64,000 nucleotides of DNA from Mobula hypostoma (lineage: Eukaryota), in NCBI RefSeq assembly GCF_963921235.1, contig NC_086097.1, positions 199,518,001 to 199,582,000 on the forward strand. The letters run 5' to 3'. How positions within the stretch are numbered: the stretch's first letter is position 1; each line of letters begins with the position of its first letter. Shown piece after piece: positions 1-11,606 of the stretch. The notes beneath the pieces were generated by a model, which did no database searches, was not told the origin of the DNA, and saw only the letters and a program-made list of their open reading frames with translations. A program made the position numbers and the translations under genes.

Positions 1-84
1 CAAAATCCTATTTGCCTAGAGTTGGAATTAATTGGTTACATACGAATAAGTTATGAGAACTAACCTTTTACATATATGAAAAAC

Positions 85-720
85 ATGCATAAGTCTGAAG
101 ATGCTGGAAATCCAAAGCAAAACCCGTAAAATGCCAGAGGAACTCCACAGGTCAGGCAGCATCTATGGAAATGAATAAACAGTCAATGTTTTGGGCAAAG
201 TGGAGGGGGAAGGAGGCTAGTAAGAAGGTGAATCCAAGTGGGTGGGAGAAGTAGAAGACTGGAGAAGAAGGAATCTGATAGGAGAGAAGAGTGGACCACA
301 GGAGAAAGGGGAGGAGGAGGGGACCCAGGGAGAAGTGATAGGCAGTTGAGAAAAGGTAAAAGGCCAGAGTAGAGAATAGAAGAAGAGGGGAGGGGGAAAA
401 AAAAATACCAATAGGAGAAATTGATATTCATGCCATCACAGTGGAGGCTACCAGGTGTGTCTCCTTCGCCCTGAGGGTGGCCTCATCTTGGCCATGGGCA
501 TGTCAAAATGGGAATGGAAATCATGTTTGACCACCAAGAAGTTCTGCTTTTGTCGAATGGAGCAGAAGTGCTCAACGAAGCAGTCCTCGAATTTACGACG
601 TATCTCACCGCTGTAGAGGAGGCCACATCGGGAGCACCGGACACAACAGATGGCTGCAGCAGATTCACACATGAGGTATTGCCTTACCTGGAAGGACTGT
701 TTGGGGACGTGAATGGAGGT
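85..720 (-). mobile_element. Penelope-like element 3' fragment (GIY-YIG endonuclease remnant plus terminal repeat)
   Basis: Minus ORF 448-672 reads CCVRCSRCGLLYSGEIRRKFEDCFVEH, a degenerate GIY-YIG motif of Penelope-like elements. It is followed by a pyrimidine-rich 3' region and the terminal segment (plus strand gatgctggaaatcc...ggtcaggcagcatctatgga) that recurs throughout the window. Confidence 0.8.
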
Positions 721-879
721 GACACATGTATGTGTTGATTTGAGTATAATCCGGTGAACTGTGAAGCAACATTATATTAAATTCCTCGATATAGAATTAT
801 ATTCATCCTTCATCTGAAGCTTATGACGATTGGTAGACATAGAAATGGACAAATGCATCATCCGGGCTCATCCAGCTTT

Positions 880-1010
880 TTAAATTTATTTTTTAGGATA
901 CAGGAATCCTTGGAAAAGCCATAATTATCATCCATCCCTAATTGCCTTGAAAGAAGTAGTGATGAGCCATCTTTTATATATATTCTATTAATATATTCCC
1001 ATGGTTGTGT
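880..1010 (-). mobile_element. Short degenerate LINE 3' end (CR1/L2 group)
   Basis: catccatccctaattgccttgaaagaagtagtgatgagccatctt resembles the start of the decayed LINE at about 29390-29480. Confidence 0.4.
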
Positions 1011-1894
1011 AAGGTTTTTAATGTTGTAGCTTCATAAATTATAGACTATTATATGCACAGGGTGTGATGTACAGTTTGTGTATTAGACATGAGACGTATG
1101 GATAGAATTAGGCCATTCAGTTCATCAAGTCTCATTAACCTCGTAGTCTAACATGATTACAATGTCATGGCAACAAAACAGAAGAGTCATTAAAAAAATT
1201 AAATTAAGTAATATATCCCGGTTAAAACTATGTGTAGCTGCATTAATAAATATTCAGGTAAAGGAAATAACTGTTTCGGTAGAATTTTCCTCAATTCAAT
1301 TAAGCACTAATAGTCTGAGGATTAAATGTGCTTCCGTGTAGGCAGGTCTTGAACAAACTACAAATATGCCAACCTTCCACAAGGCATAACACAGCATATT
1401 TAATCTTCTTCACCCACGTAGGGTGGTGACTCAACCAGATATCATTCTGTCATTAAAGACTTTTAAGAAAGTTGCACTCTTTTCTTATCAATCAAAGGTA
1501 TAATTAAAATGTTCTCAGTATCTTTGAATTATGCTTTCTATTAAGCTCTGGCTGTTCTATTTATATGTAAGTTAAAGGAACCTTAAAAATTCACATTCAT
1601 CATTGCGATATTAGATAAAATGTTCTGTTAATTCTGTTGTTCACCCCCCCATAGTGCACACATCATTGGTCTTATTTGCACCACATATTTAATTTCATAT
1701 TCAGTATATACATATATATTAAAAAATTTGCTGCTACAAGACAACACACTTGATGAGATATGGCAGTGATCCAGGAAAATTGTTGAATTTTGTCCATGTA
1801 GTTGCGATATTGTTTGGTCAAAATGCCAGTGTTATTTTGGGCAAACAATGAAATGAAAAGAGAAATCAGTCCTAATATTCATTTTTTACATTTT

Positions 1895-2090
1895 TTAGAA
1901 TCAGAGTCAGATACAGATCTATCATCACTGACATACAGTATGCACCGAAATGTGTTGTTTTGTGGCAGCAGCACAGCGCAAGACATAAAATTACAAAATA
2001 ATTAAGATGAATCACAAGGTAGTGTTCATGGATTCGTAGACAATTCAGAAATCAGACAGTGACATGGAAGAGACGTCTCTGGGTTTTTAC
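1895..2090 (-). mobile_element. Rex1/Babar-like LINE 3' UTR fragment
   Basis: The agaatcagagtcag tail and gaaatgtgttgttttgtggcagcag match the 3' end of the Rex1-like fragment at 54958-55530. Confidence 0.55.
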
Positions 2091-2261
2091 ACATCATTCC
2101 CCTGTGAACCGAAGGAATTGAATCATCAGCTTGCATGAGGCCTGGTCACATCAGCTCCCCAGGTGCACAGTTGAACACCAAGTGTTGAGTGTGGAATGAG
2201 GTTGGCCTGGTGAACCAGCTCAGGCGTTTGGCCAGTCTCGATGCACGGCAAGCAATGTACG

Positions 2262-2500
2262 TTGTGGCAGCATGGTAGCAGGCAGCCAGCATAATGCCGC
2301 AGAGCGCCAGTGACCCGGGTTCATTTCCTGCCACTATGGAGTTTGTACATTTTCCATGTGATCACATGGGTTTCCTCCCACATTCCTAAGACATATGGGT
2401 TCATAGGTTAATTGGTTATGCGGATGTAATTGGCAGCACAGGCTTGTTGGTCCAAAAAGGCCTGCTACCATGCTGTATCTCTAAATAAATAAAAATTAAA
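2262..2500 (+). mobile_element. tRNA-derived V-SINE (HE1-like)
   Basis: Degenerate A box, B-box-like gacccgggttcatttcc, V-domain-like ggagtttgtacattttccatgtg...tgggtttcctcccacattcc, a CR1-like tail and an A-rich end. Confidence 0.7.
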
Positions 2501-3555
2501 TAAACTCACAAGTAAGTGGAAGGAGAACATCAGATTAGATAACACAGACCATTGTACCCCAGTACTATTATACCCAGTATTACGCTGGTACTATTTGTAG
2601 GTGAGTGACGTTGATGCGCTGTTTAGGATAGTGTGGAAGGCTAATGGTGCAACTGGAGAAGGTGACATTGAGCCACAACAGCACAGAAAGAGGCAGTTCT
2701 ACTCATCTAATCCATGGCAAACTATTATTCTGCCTTGTCCCATCAACCTGCACCTGAACCATCCCCCTCCCATCCATGTTATTGTCGAAATTTCTCTTAG
2801 TGGAGATTTGATGGTATATTCACTGATTCTGATCTTGTGAGTGATTTATTAAAGCACACTTTCAACGCTTTCTCCATGAGCTCATGTCTTCATTCCTGGG
2901 ATAAGCTTCTTTTGTATCATTACTCCGTGCTGTCTGACATTTGAAACAGAACCAAGAGTAGGGCCCTTAATCCGAGTTACAATATCACACTGTTCCTGTG
3001 CTTCATTTACATTTTCTTGCCTGATCCCTTTTCTTCTGATCCCTATCATGTCCAAAAATCTGCTTCTTAGTTCTGTATGTACTCAATAACCAAGCAACAA
3101 GCACAACTCTCAGAAATAGAGAATTCCAAAGATTTAAAACCTTTGCATAATTAAAGTTTTCATCGCGGTCTCTTACAGATTTCAGATTCTGTAGTCAGAG
3201 AAGGCAGCTTCTTATCAGACTCTCTCAGCGTCTTCAATCCTTCAATGAAATCACCTATCTGTTCTAAATTTCACTGGTTTTAGACGATGTTTCCTCAATC
3301 ACTAGGAAAAATTAACCATCAGCACACCAACACACCTAAATCTCAGGAATGCACGGTTTACAAGCCAAGCACATCCTACTTTCTCACACAAGCAGCAGTA
3401 ATAGGACATCACTTGGAAACGAGTGCACTCTGAGGGTACATAATGAGCGACTGTACCATCGAAATGGACAAAGTGGAATCTGACAGCACTTCCAGGGCAA
3501 GGGACCAGACACTCAGGACTAAGACTTAATTATACAGAGGTTATAAATCTTTGGA

Positions 3556-4454
3556 TGTCATAAGGCGGTGGCTGAGAACGGACCCAAGTGCAAGACACAT
3601 ACACTGAAGTACTAGGGACAAGACTAGGATACAGGCTGATGCCAAGGACATGGACACGAAAACCAGGAACCTGGAACAGGACTGGACAAGAGAGCTAGGA
3701 GCCCGGGTTTGGATGCCGAGCCAGAGACTGGACAAGGACCCAGTACCTAGGTCTTGCCTCTGGCTCGGACCCCAGAACCAGGCAAGGATGAGGCTGGAGT
3801 CTTCAGGCTTGAGGCCAGAGGCTAGAGACTTGGCTTGGCAAGAGGCTAGAGGCTAGAGACTTGGCTTGGCTTGGCAAGAGGCTAGAGGCTAGAGATTTGG
3901 CTTGGCTTGGCAAGTGGCTAGAGGCTAGATGCTGGAGTCTTCAGGCTTGAGGCTAGGCAGGAGGCTGGAGTCTTCAGGCCCGAGGCTAGGCAGGAGGCTG
4001 GAGTCTTCAGGCCCGAGGCTAGGCAGGAGGCTGGAGTCTTCAGGCCCGAGGCTAGGCAGGAGGCTGGAGTCTTCAGGCCTGAGGCTAGGCTTGGCAGGAG
4101 GCTGGAGACTTCAGGCTTGAGGCTAGGCAGGAGGCTGAAGTCTTCAGGCAAGGCAGGGTTTCTGGCAAAGCAAGGCGAGATGAGAACTTCAGGCAAGGCA
4201 AGAGTTACCAACAAGACAAAGCAGGGCTTCAGGCGAGGAAACGGAAGGCAGAGGAAGGGATACAAGGAGTAAGGACAAGAACAATTCAGCCACCATGCCC
4301 TGGTCTCTGGAGGTATTTATGCAGCCAGCCCCAATGAGCATCAGCTGCCTAAATTGGAGCTAAACAAAAACAGGGTAAACAGGAAAATCTGGAGCAATGG
4401 TCGATGGACCGGACCGTGAACCGGAATACGGACTTCACGGACCGGACCATGACA
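3556..4454 (-). mobile_element. Solo LTR with 5-bp target-site duplication and internal tandem repeats
   Basis: Termini TGTCAT...ATGACA are inverted and flanked by TTGGA at both 3551-3555 and 4455-4459. A TATA-like CATAAATA lies on the minus strand near 4315-4322. No gag or pol inside. Confidence 0.85.
3790..4150. repeat. 33-bp minisatellite plus shorter gaggcta/cttgg repeats inside the solo LTR
   Basis: The unit aggctggagtcttcaggcccgaggctaggcagg repeats in tandem from about 3930 to 4150, seen as the 11-aa repeat LESSGPRLGRR in the ORF track. Confidence 0.9.
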
Positions 4455-4754
4455 TTGGAGCTCAAATTTAATTTTTGATTTTGTTTGCAACTGAGATCAA
4501 TAGATTTTAAATACTAAAGGAATCAAGGGGTATGTGATAGGGCAGGAAAATGGTGGTACGATAGAAAGACCAGAATGGAAAGGTAGATCTGAGGGTCAAC
4601 TCCAAAACCTGTAGCTAAGTCCTATATTCTTATCAGTGAGTAATGAATGATTAAAATTAAATGCTTAAGATATTAATTAAAAGGAAACTAGTCCTACATT
4701 ATCCAATGTAAACAACAAGAGAATGAAGATAGTTATGAGACTGAGAATAGAAAC

Positions 4755-5335
4755 TATCCATTGATCAGGGTTGACCATGGATGCTTGTGTCCCAGCTGTC
4801 TACATAATATGCAAGCCAGTATCATATGGAGAGTAGGCTGATGCCCGTGTAGCAGTCTCACCCTCTCCCTGCACCTGATGAACCCAAAAGAACGGCAGAG
4901 ACCAATACTGTTTGGCACTCAGGAGTTGCCAGTCAGCGTTGAACTCAACATAGGACTGCCTGAGGGATTCCAGCTCCGGATTTTTCCTCAGGATTTCATC
5001 CCAAAGCCTTCTTCATTGGAGGGTAGAGCTGCCAGTCAACTGAAGATTGAGATCAGAGTTTTCCTCCTCCTAGTAAAGCTACCAAACATGGCTGACAAAC
5101 CCTATCTGTCTGAATCAACTGGATTTAAGGCACATGTAACACCTCTTTGCCCCTTCCCCGATCAGCAGAAATGGTTCTGATTGGCATAGTCGCTAAACCA
5201 CACGTTAAGGCTAGGAGCTGGTTATCAGAGGCTAGTTGGGACCCATGCCTTTGAGAGGATTTAATAGCTAGTGAGAGCTTTTCCCTACTATCACCCCTGG
5301 CAATAACAACCTTAAGGAATAGAACTTAGAGAAAT
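4755..5335 (-). mobile_element. Probable non-autonomous RTE-related retroelement
   Basis: Island of about 570 bp, higher in GC than its flanks, containing agagttttcctcctcctag...ctaccaa...ggctgac, which resembles the reverse complement of the RTE 5' UTR motif. No RT ORF. Confidence 0.4.
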
Positions 5336-5392
5336 AAAATGGAATTATTTAAAGCCCAGGAAATCGCCGTTATTATCAAAAAGCTCTGTTAT

Positions 5393-7345
5393 TGACACAA
5401 GAGATTCTGTAGATGTTGGAAGTCCAGAGTAGTTCATGCAAAATGCTGGAGAAACTCAGCAATTCAGACAGCATCTATGGAGAGGAATAAAGAGTTGATA
5501 TTTTGGGCCAAGAACCTTCATCAGGACTGGAAAGGAAGGGAGAAAATGACAGAATAAAAAAGATGGGGGACGGGAAGGAGTATAAACTGGAAGGTGATAG
5601 GTGAAGCCAGGTAAGTTGGTGGAGGAGATGGAGAGGATGAAGTGGAGAGCTGGAAGGTGAGAGGTACAAAAGGTAAAGGACTGAAGAAGGAGGACAGGAG
5701 AGTGAGCCATGGGAGGAAGGGGCCCAGAGGGAGGTGATAGACAGGTGAGAAGAAGAGAAGGAGTAAGAAAGGAGCCAAAATGAGGAATGGAAAAGAAAGG
5801 AAAGGAAAATATCTTTATTATCATTGTTGTGGAGCAATGAAACACCGTTTAGCAGCTCAACGTTTTGCATCATGACAAAGAATATATACATAAAATAAAC
5901 TCTAAAACCTCAGGAGTGCAGTCCAAAATTAATAATATATGGATGGCGGGGTAGGACTATTGCACACCTGCCATTCCAAGAAGTGTGATGCATTTAGCTG
6001 CCGCTGTCTTAGGAGGGGGGCAGGAGAAAGGAAGGGGGTGTTATACATTTCACTGCTTGTGGGTAGAAGCTGTTAAGGAGTTTCTTTGTTTTCATTCTTA
6101 ATGCTCTGTATCTCTTCCCAGAAGGTAGAGGGGAAAACAGGTGATGTCCAGGATGAGTGGGATCCTTTGAAATACAAGTAGCCTTGTTTTGAAGTCTGCC
6201 AGTATAAATGTCTCTGAGGGAGGGTAATGTTGTGTCAATAACCCGCTCTGCTACCCTCACCACCCGCTGCAAGTCCTTCCTGTTCTGTTCTGTGCAGCTG
6301 GCAAACCACACTGCACAGCAATACGTCAGGAGGCTCTCTATAGTTGTCCGATAGAAGTTGATCAGCAGGTGATGAGGGACGAGAGCGTGCTTTAGCTTCC
6401 TTAGGAAGTAAAGCCTCTGTTGAGCCGTCCCCACATGATAAGAGATATGGGCAGTCCAGGTGAGGTCAGCCGAGATGTGGACGCCGAGGAACTTGAAACT
6501 CTCTACTCTCTCCACTTCTTTCCCGTATATGTGCAGAGCAGAGTGCTCGACGCGCTTTGATTTCCTGAAGTCTACTATCAGCTCCTTGGTTTTTGTGATG
6601 TTCAAGTCCAGGTTATTATGACAACACCATTCTGTCAAATGCTATACCTCCTCCCTATAGGCTGTCCCATCACAGTCTGATATGATACCTATTAGGGTGG
6701 TATCGTCAGCAAATTTGACAATGGTGTTAGTGGAGTGAATGGTAGAGCAGTCATGGGTGAAAAGAGAATAGAGGGTGGGGCTGAGAACACACCTCTGTGG
6801 TGTACCGGTGTTCAGGATGAGAGTAGATGATGTGTGTTCTCCCATCCTGACACTTTGGGGTCTGTTACTCAGAAAATCCAGTATCGGTGAGCACAGAGAA
6901 CTGCCAAGGCCCAGGTTGCTCAATTTCTGCACCAGAAGAGAAGAGGGAAGGGAAGAAATTTCTGTAAGTTAGAGAAATTGATATTCATGCAGTTAGGTTG
7001 GAGGTTAACAAAATGACATACGAGGTATTGCTCCTCCAACCTGAAAGTGTCTTCATTATGGCAGTAGAGGAGGCCATGGACCAACATGTCGGAATGGGAA
7101 TGTGGAGTGAAATTAAAATGGCTAGCCACTGGGAAATCCTCCCTGCTGCAGATGGAGCAGAGGTGCTCAACAAAATGTTCCCCAGCCTACGTTGGATCTT
7201 ATTGATGTGGAAGAGGCCACACTGGGAGTACCAGGTGCAGTAGATGACCCCCAACAGACTCGAAGGTGAAGTGATGCCTTTGCTGGAAGGACTGTACGGG
7301 GCCCTGAATGCTGGTGAGGGAAGTGGTGAGTGGGTAGGTGTAGTA
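5393..7345 (-). mobile_element. Penelope-like element 3' part (GIY-YIG plus terminus), split by a Rex1 insertion at about 5812-6930
   Basis: Minus-strand peptides GVIYCTWYSQCGLFHI and HSHSDMLVHGLLYCHNEDTFRLEEQYLV...[12 protein letters not shown] lie at 6960-7260. The 3' region resumes at 5810-5393 and includes a hammerhead-like motif at about 5494-5529. Confidence 0.8.
5812..6932 (-). mobile_element. 5'-truncated Rex1/Babar LINE (RT C-terminal half, one in-frame stop)
   Basis: ORFs 6642-6932 and 6009-6638 share a frame: [10 protein letters not shown]...KFADDTT...WCCHNNLDLNITKTKELIVDFRK...AQQRLYFLRKLK...HPGHHLFSPLPSGKRYR...NSFYPQAV. An AATAAA lies on the minus strand near 5815. Confidence 0.9.
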
Positions 7346-7633
7346 CTTGTGCAGTGTAGCACATTTTATTGAGACAATATAAATGAAAGTAAGTAGCAGA
7401 AATATTCAAATTACACTATAGATCGACAGCTGGAGAAAATATGACAAAAGAGAAAGCCAAGAGATTACGGGAGAACTCAAAAAATAATTAGACAGTAAGA
7501 GAATATCTAGGGAATTAAATTATCCAGGAAAATAAAACAAAATAATTTTTTCTTCAGGTGCATAAATAAAAAAGTAATGTACACCCAGATTGGATCAAGT
7601 TGACCAAGAAATTAAGAACATTATAGGAGCTGT

Positions 7634-7919
7634 TGTGGCGACCCACTTTCTGGCACACACGAACCAGCTCACAACAGCGCGCGCAGGCAGAGGGCCAGCC
7701 CCAAAAAAGGCGCCAGGCCATCTTCATCAGCAGGGGGAAAATCCCACGCGCGGAAAGGGTCTGGGAATATGCATTCCCCACAGCAGTCCCGCCCCAGGGA
7801 GGGTGGGAACGGGAAGGCTTAAAAGCAGGCCGCGAAGTTTGGATAAATCTCTTTCATCGCAACTCTAACTCACCAACTCCGTGTGGTTATTCTAGCGCTG
7901 TGTGTAGCACACCGCTACA
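7634..7919 (+). repeat. 5' LTR (286 bp)
   Basis: Termini TGTGGCG...CGCTACA. Direct repeat of 11606-11879 with roughly 20 differences by eye, many at CpG. Confidence 0.92.
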
Positions 7920-7921
7920 AT

Positions 7922-7935
7922 TGGTGACCCCAACG
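7922..7935 (+). promoter_or_regulatory. Primer-binding site complementary to tRNA-Trp
   Basis: TGGTGACCCCAACG begins 2 nt after the LTR. The tRNA-Trp PBS is TGGTGACCCCGACG, so there is one mismatch. Confidence 0.85.
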
Positions 7936-7959
7936 GCCCAAACGATATTTGGACCAGAG

Positions 7960-8663
7960 ATAACCAACGCCGCATCTGTTCACGCAGTTTCGTTACAACT
8001 GCCAAGCCTCTGGACGCTGCGACCCCAATTATGGTTCGAACAAGCAGAAGCTCAATTCCACATTCGGCAGATAACCTCGGAGTCCACTCGCTACTACTAC
8101 GTGCTGAGCTCCCTCGACCAGGAGACAGCTGCACAAGTTGAGGAGTTTATACAGTCACCCCCGGAGGACAGCAAATACACAGCATTCAAAGCCCTGCTCA
8201 TAAGGACTTTCGGACTCTCACGGCGCAAACGAGCACGCCGCTTAATGCACCTGGACAGTTTGGGAGACAGGCCGCCGTCAGCATTAATGAACGAGATACT
8301 GGCCCTGGCTGAAGGACACAAACCCTGCCTCATGTTTGAGTAGGCATTCCTAGAGCAACTGCCCAAGGACATATGCCTGCTGCTGTCTGACGCAGATTTC
8401 AGCAACCCCCGAGAGGTGGCGGCCCGAGCAGATGTGCTGTGGAATGCCAGGAAAGAGAGAGGGGCGCCCGTCACACAGATCACCAAGCCGTGTGCCCAAC
8501 GACAGACCAGACCAGGCCCGGCAGCAGAGCCTACAAAACCCAGCGACGGGAGTGAGGAGCCCAACGAACAACGGTGTTTCTACCACCAGCGGTGGGGCAC
8601 AGAGGCCCGCCGCTGCAGACCACCCTGCAAATTCCGGGAAACGCCAGGGCCAGCCGCCACTGA
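7960..8663 (+). pseudogene. gag: Gypsy Gag with C-X2-H-X9-C-X3-C zinc finger
   Basis: HAVSLQLPSLWTLRPQLWFEQAEAQF...GDRPPSALM...CFYHQRWGTEARRCRPPC. The likely start codon is mutated to ATA (7960), there is an in-frame TAG at 8341, and probably a 1-nt deletion near 8634. Confidence 0.85.
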
Positions 8664-11606
8664 TGGCTACGGTGGCTGGCCATCAGGACAGCCTCCTGTA
8701 CGTCTGGGACAAGCAGTCGGGACGCCGCTTTTTGGTCGACACCGCAGCAGAGATCAGCATCTTACCTCCAACGAGTTATGATACCCGCAACAGAGAACTG
8801 CGACCCACCCTGAGGGCTGCTAATGGCAGCACAATACGAACCTACGGCACCCGCACGGTGCGGCTACAGTTCAGCTCCAGCCGGTTCACGTGGGACTTCA
8901 CACTGGCCGCCGTGGCCCAACCACTCCTGGGGGTGGATTTTCTACGAGCCCACAGCCTGCTGGTCGACCTGCAAGGGAAGCGAATAGTCCACGCCAAGAC
9001 TTTTCAAATGTTCTCCCTGGGTGAAGCACAGTTGCCAGCCCCACACCTGGACTCACGCTGTCCGACGACGAATTCACCATGGTCCTGGCGGACTTTCCAT
9101 CAGTACTGACACCGCAGTTCACGGCAGCCATGCCCAGACACGGAGTACAGCACCACATCCCAACCCAGGGACCACCCTTCCACACCCGTGCTCGAAGGCT
9201 TCCCCCGGACAAGCTCCGACTGGCGAAGGAGGAGTTCAAGAAGATGGAGGAATTGGGGATCATACGACGGTCCGACAGCCCATGGGCCTCCCCCCTTCAC
9301 ATGGTGCCCAAGGCAACGGGGGCTGGAGACCATGTGGTGACTACCGCAGACTGAACGAGGCTACAACGCCAGACCGCTACACCGTGCCGCACATTCAAGA
9401 CTTCGCAGCGAACCTACACGGCGCAAGGATCTTTTCCAAGGTAGACCTCGTCCGGGGATACCATCAAATCCCTGTACATCTGGACGACATCCCCGAAACA
9501 GCACTTATCACCCCGTTTGGACTTTTCGAATTCCTCCGAATGCCGGTTGGTCTAAAGAATGCCGCACAGACTTTCCAGCGGCTAATGGACGCGGTGGGAC
9601 GTGACCTGGACTTTGCATTCATCTATTTGGACGACATCCTCAAAGCAAGCAGTAGTCGGCAGGAACATCTGACCCACCTCCGCCAGCTCTACTCCCGCCT
9701 GAGCGAATTTGGCCTTACAATCAACCCAGCCAAATGCCAGTTCGGACTCGACACCATCGACTTCCTGGGCCACAGGATTACTAAAGACGGGGCAACCCCG
9801 CTGCCCGCCAAGGTAGACGTGGTCCGCAACTTCCCCCGACCCAACACAATCAAAGGCCTGCAGGAATTCGTGGGTATGGTGAACTTTTACCACCGTTTCC
9901 TACCCTCAGCAGCCCGAACCATGCGCCCCCTCTTCACTCTAATGTCGGGTAAGGGCAAGGACATTACCTGGGACGAAGAGGCTGCAACCGCTTTCGTTAA
10001 AACCAAAGAAGCCTTGGCAAACACCGCGATGCTAGTGCACCCCAGAACGGACGTTCCTACTGCCCTCACGGTGGACGCATCCAACACAGCAGTCGGTGGA
10101 CTGCTGGAACAACTCATCGAGGGTCGCTGGCAACCCCTGGCGTTCTTCAGCAAACACCTACGACCACCTGAACTCAAATACAGTGCTTTCGACTGGGAGC
10201 TATTGGCACTATACCTGGCAATCTGGCATTTCAGGTACTTCTTAGAAGGTAGGCCCTTCACCGCGTTCACAGACCACAAACCGCTTACCTTTGCATTCAC
10301 GAAGGTGTCTAACCCCTGGTCGTCCCGCCAGCAGCGACATCTGTCCTACATCTCTGAGTACACAACGGACATCCGGCATGTCTCTGGAAAGGACAACGTC
10401 GTGGCGGACGCATTATCCAGACCTACCATACAGGCCCTGTCCCAGGGGGTGGACTATGCAGCACTGGCAGAGGCACAGCAGGCAGACGCTGAGATCCCCA
10501 GTTACAGGACTGCAGTCTCCGGTTTGCAGCTCCAAGACCTCCCCGTAGGCCCAGGTGAGAGGACCCTACCATGTGACGTAGCTACCGGCCAACCCCGTCC
10601 CGTCGTCCCAGCAGCCTGGCGCCGGCGGGTTTTCAAATCCATTCACAACTTAGCGCACCCCTCCATCAGGACAACCGTCTGGCTGGTCTCCAACAGGTTC
10701 GTGTGGCATGGACTGCGTAAACAGGTCAGTGAATGGGCCAAAACGTGCATGCAGTGCCAAACGGCCAAGGTGCAGCAGCACACCAAGGCTCCACCGCAGT
10801 GGTTTGAACCCACCCGCCAGAGGTTCGACCACATCCATGTGGATATCATGGGGCCCCTGCCAGTGTCATGAGGAGCGCGGTACCTCCTAACTATGATAGA
10901 CCGGTTCAGCAGATGGCCAGAGACAGTCCCGCTCACCGACACCACCTCCGAATCTTGCGCCCGAGCACTGATCACAACCTGGGTAGCCCGCTTCGGGGTA
11001 CCGGCCCACATTACTTCTGACAGGGGCGCCCAGTTCACCTCCAGCCTGTGGTCGGCTATGGCCAGCCTTTTAGAATCACAGCTACACCACACAACTGCCT
11101 ACCACCCACAGTCGAACGGACTAGTGGAGCGCTCCACCGTCACCTGAAATCGGCTCTCATGGCCCGCCTGGAGGGGCCTAACTGGGTGGACGAGCTTCCC
11201 TGGGTCCTGCTCGGAATCCACACGGCGCCCAAAGAGGATCTGCACACCTCGTCGGCCGAGTTGGTGTACGGCGCACCCCTGGTAGTCCCAGGAGAGTTCA
11301 TACCAGCCCCAAGGGGGCAAGAGGAAGAACCCACAACAGTCCTGGACAGACTACGGGACAGGCTCGGTAACCTGGCCCCCATCCCCACTTCACAGCATGG
11401 ACAGAGCCCGACCTGCGTACCCAAAGACCTGCAGAACTGTAAGTTTTTTTTTGTACGACGGGGCGGACACAGGGCAGAGCACCGCTACAGTGGCCCTACG
11501 AGGGGCCGTTTAAGGTGATCAGGAACAACGGGTCCACATTCGTGCTGGACATTGGGGGGAGAGAGGAGGTTTTCACGGTGGACCGACTCAAACCGGCCCA
11601 TGTGGA
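8636..11606 (+). pseudogene. pol: Gypsy Pol (aspartic protease, RT, RNase H, integrase) with frameshifts and a stop
   Basis: Protease FLVDTAAEISILP; RT PWASPLHMV, WRPCGDYRRLN, YLDD; RNase H TVDASN...FTDHKPL...NVVADALSR; integrase HNLAHP...CMQC, ITSDRGAQF, YHPQSNGLVER. Frameshifts near 9055, 9315, 11135 and 11480; TGA at 10869. Confidence 0.95.

Larger units (their letters stand above)
3480..4635 (+). mobile_element. Old CR1 3' fragment interrupted by the solo LTR
   Basis: Removing the LTR rejoins tatacagaggttataaatctttgga|gctc, which resembles the CR1 TQRVxNLW motif. A CR1-type 3' UTR follows, ending cctatattcttat. Confidence 0.5.

Noticed and set aside
183..431. Ser/Pro/Leu/Phe-rich ORFs here and at 5456-5891, 51061-51570 and 52802-53212 that look like membrane proteins
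   Set aside because: They are translations of the pyrimidine-rich 3' region of Penelope-like elements.
3918..4265. Repetitive ORFs (LASGLKTPASC / LESSGPRLGRR) and CRISPR-like periodicity
   Set aside because: The units are head-to-tail 33-bp repeats with no unique spacers, inside a solo LTR; no cas genes and a eukaryotic context.
7633..7959. N-terminal 109 aa of the 236-aa ORF, and the similar ORF 11552-11806
   Set aside because: They are read-through of LTR and PBS sequence; Gag similarity starts only at about 7960.
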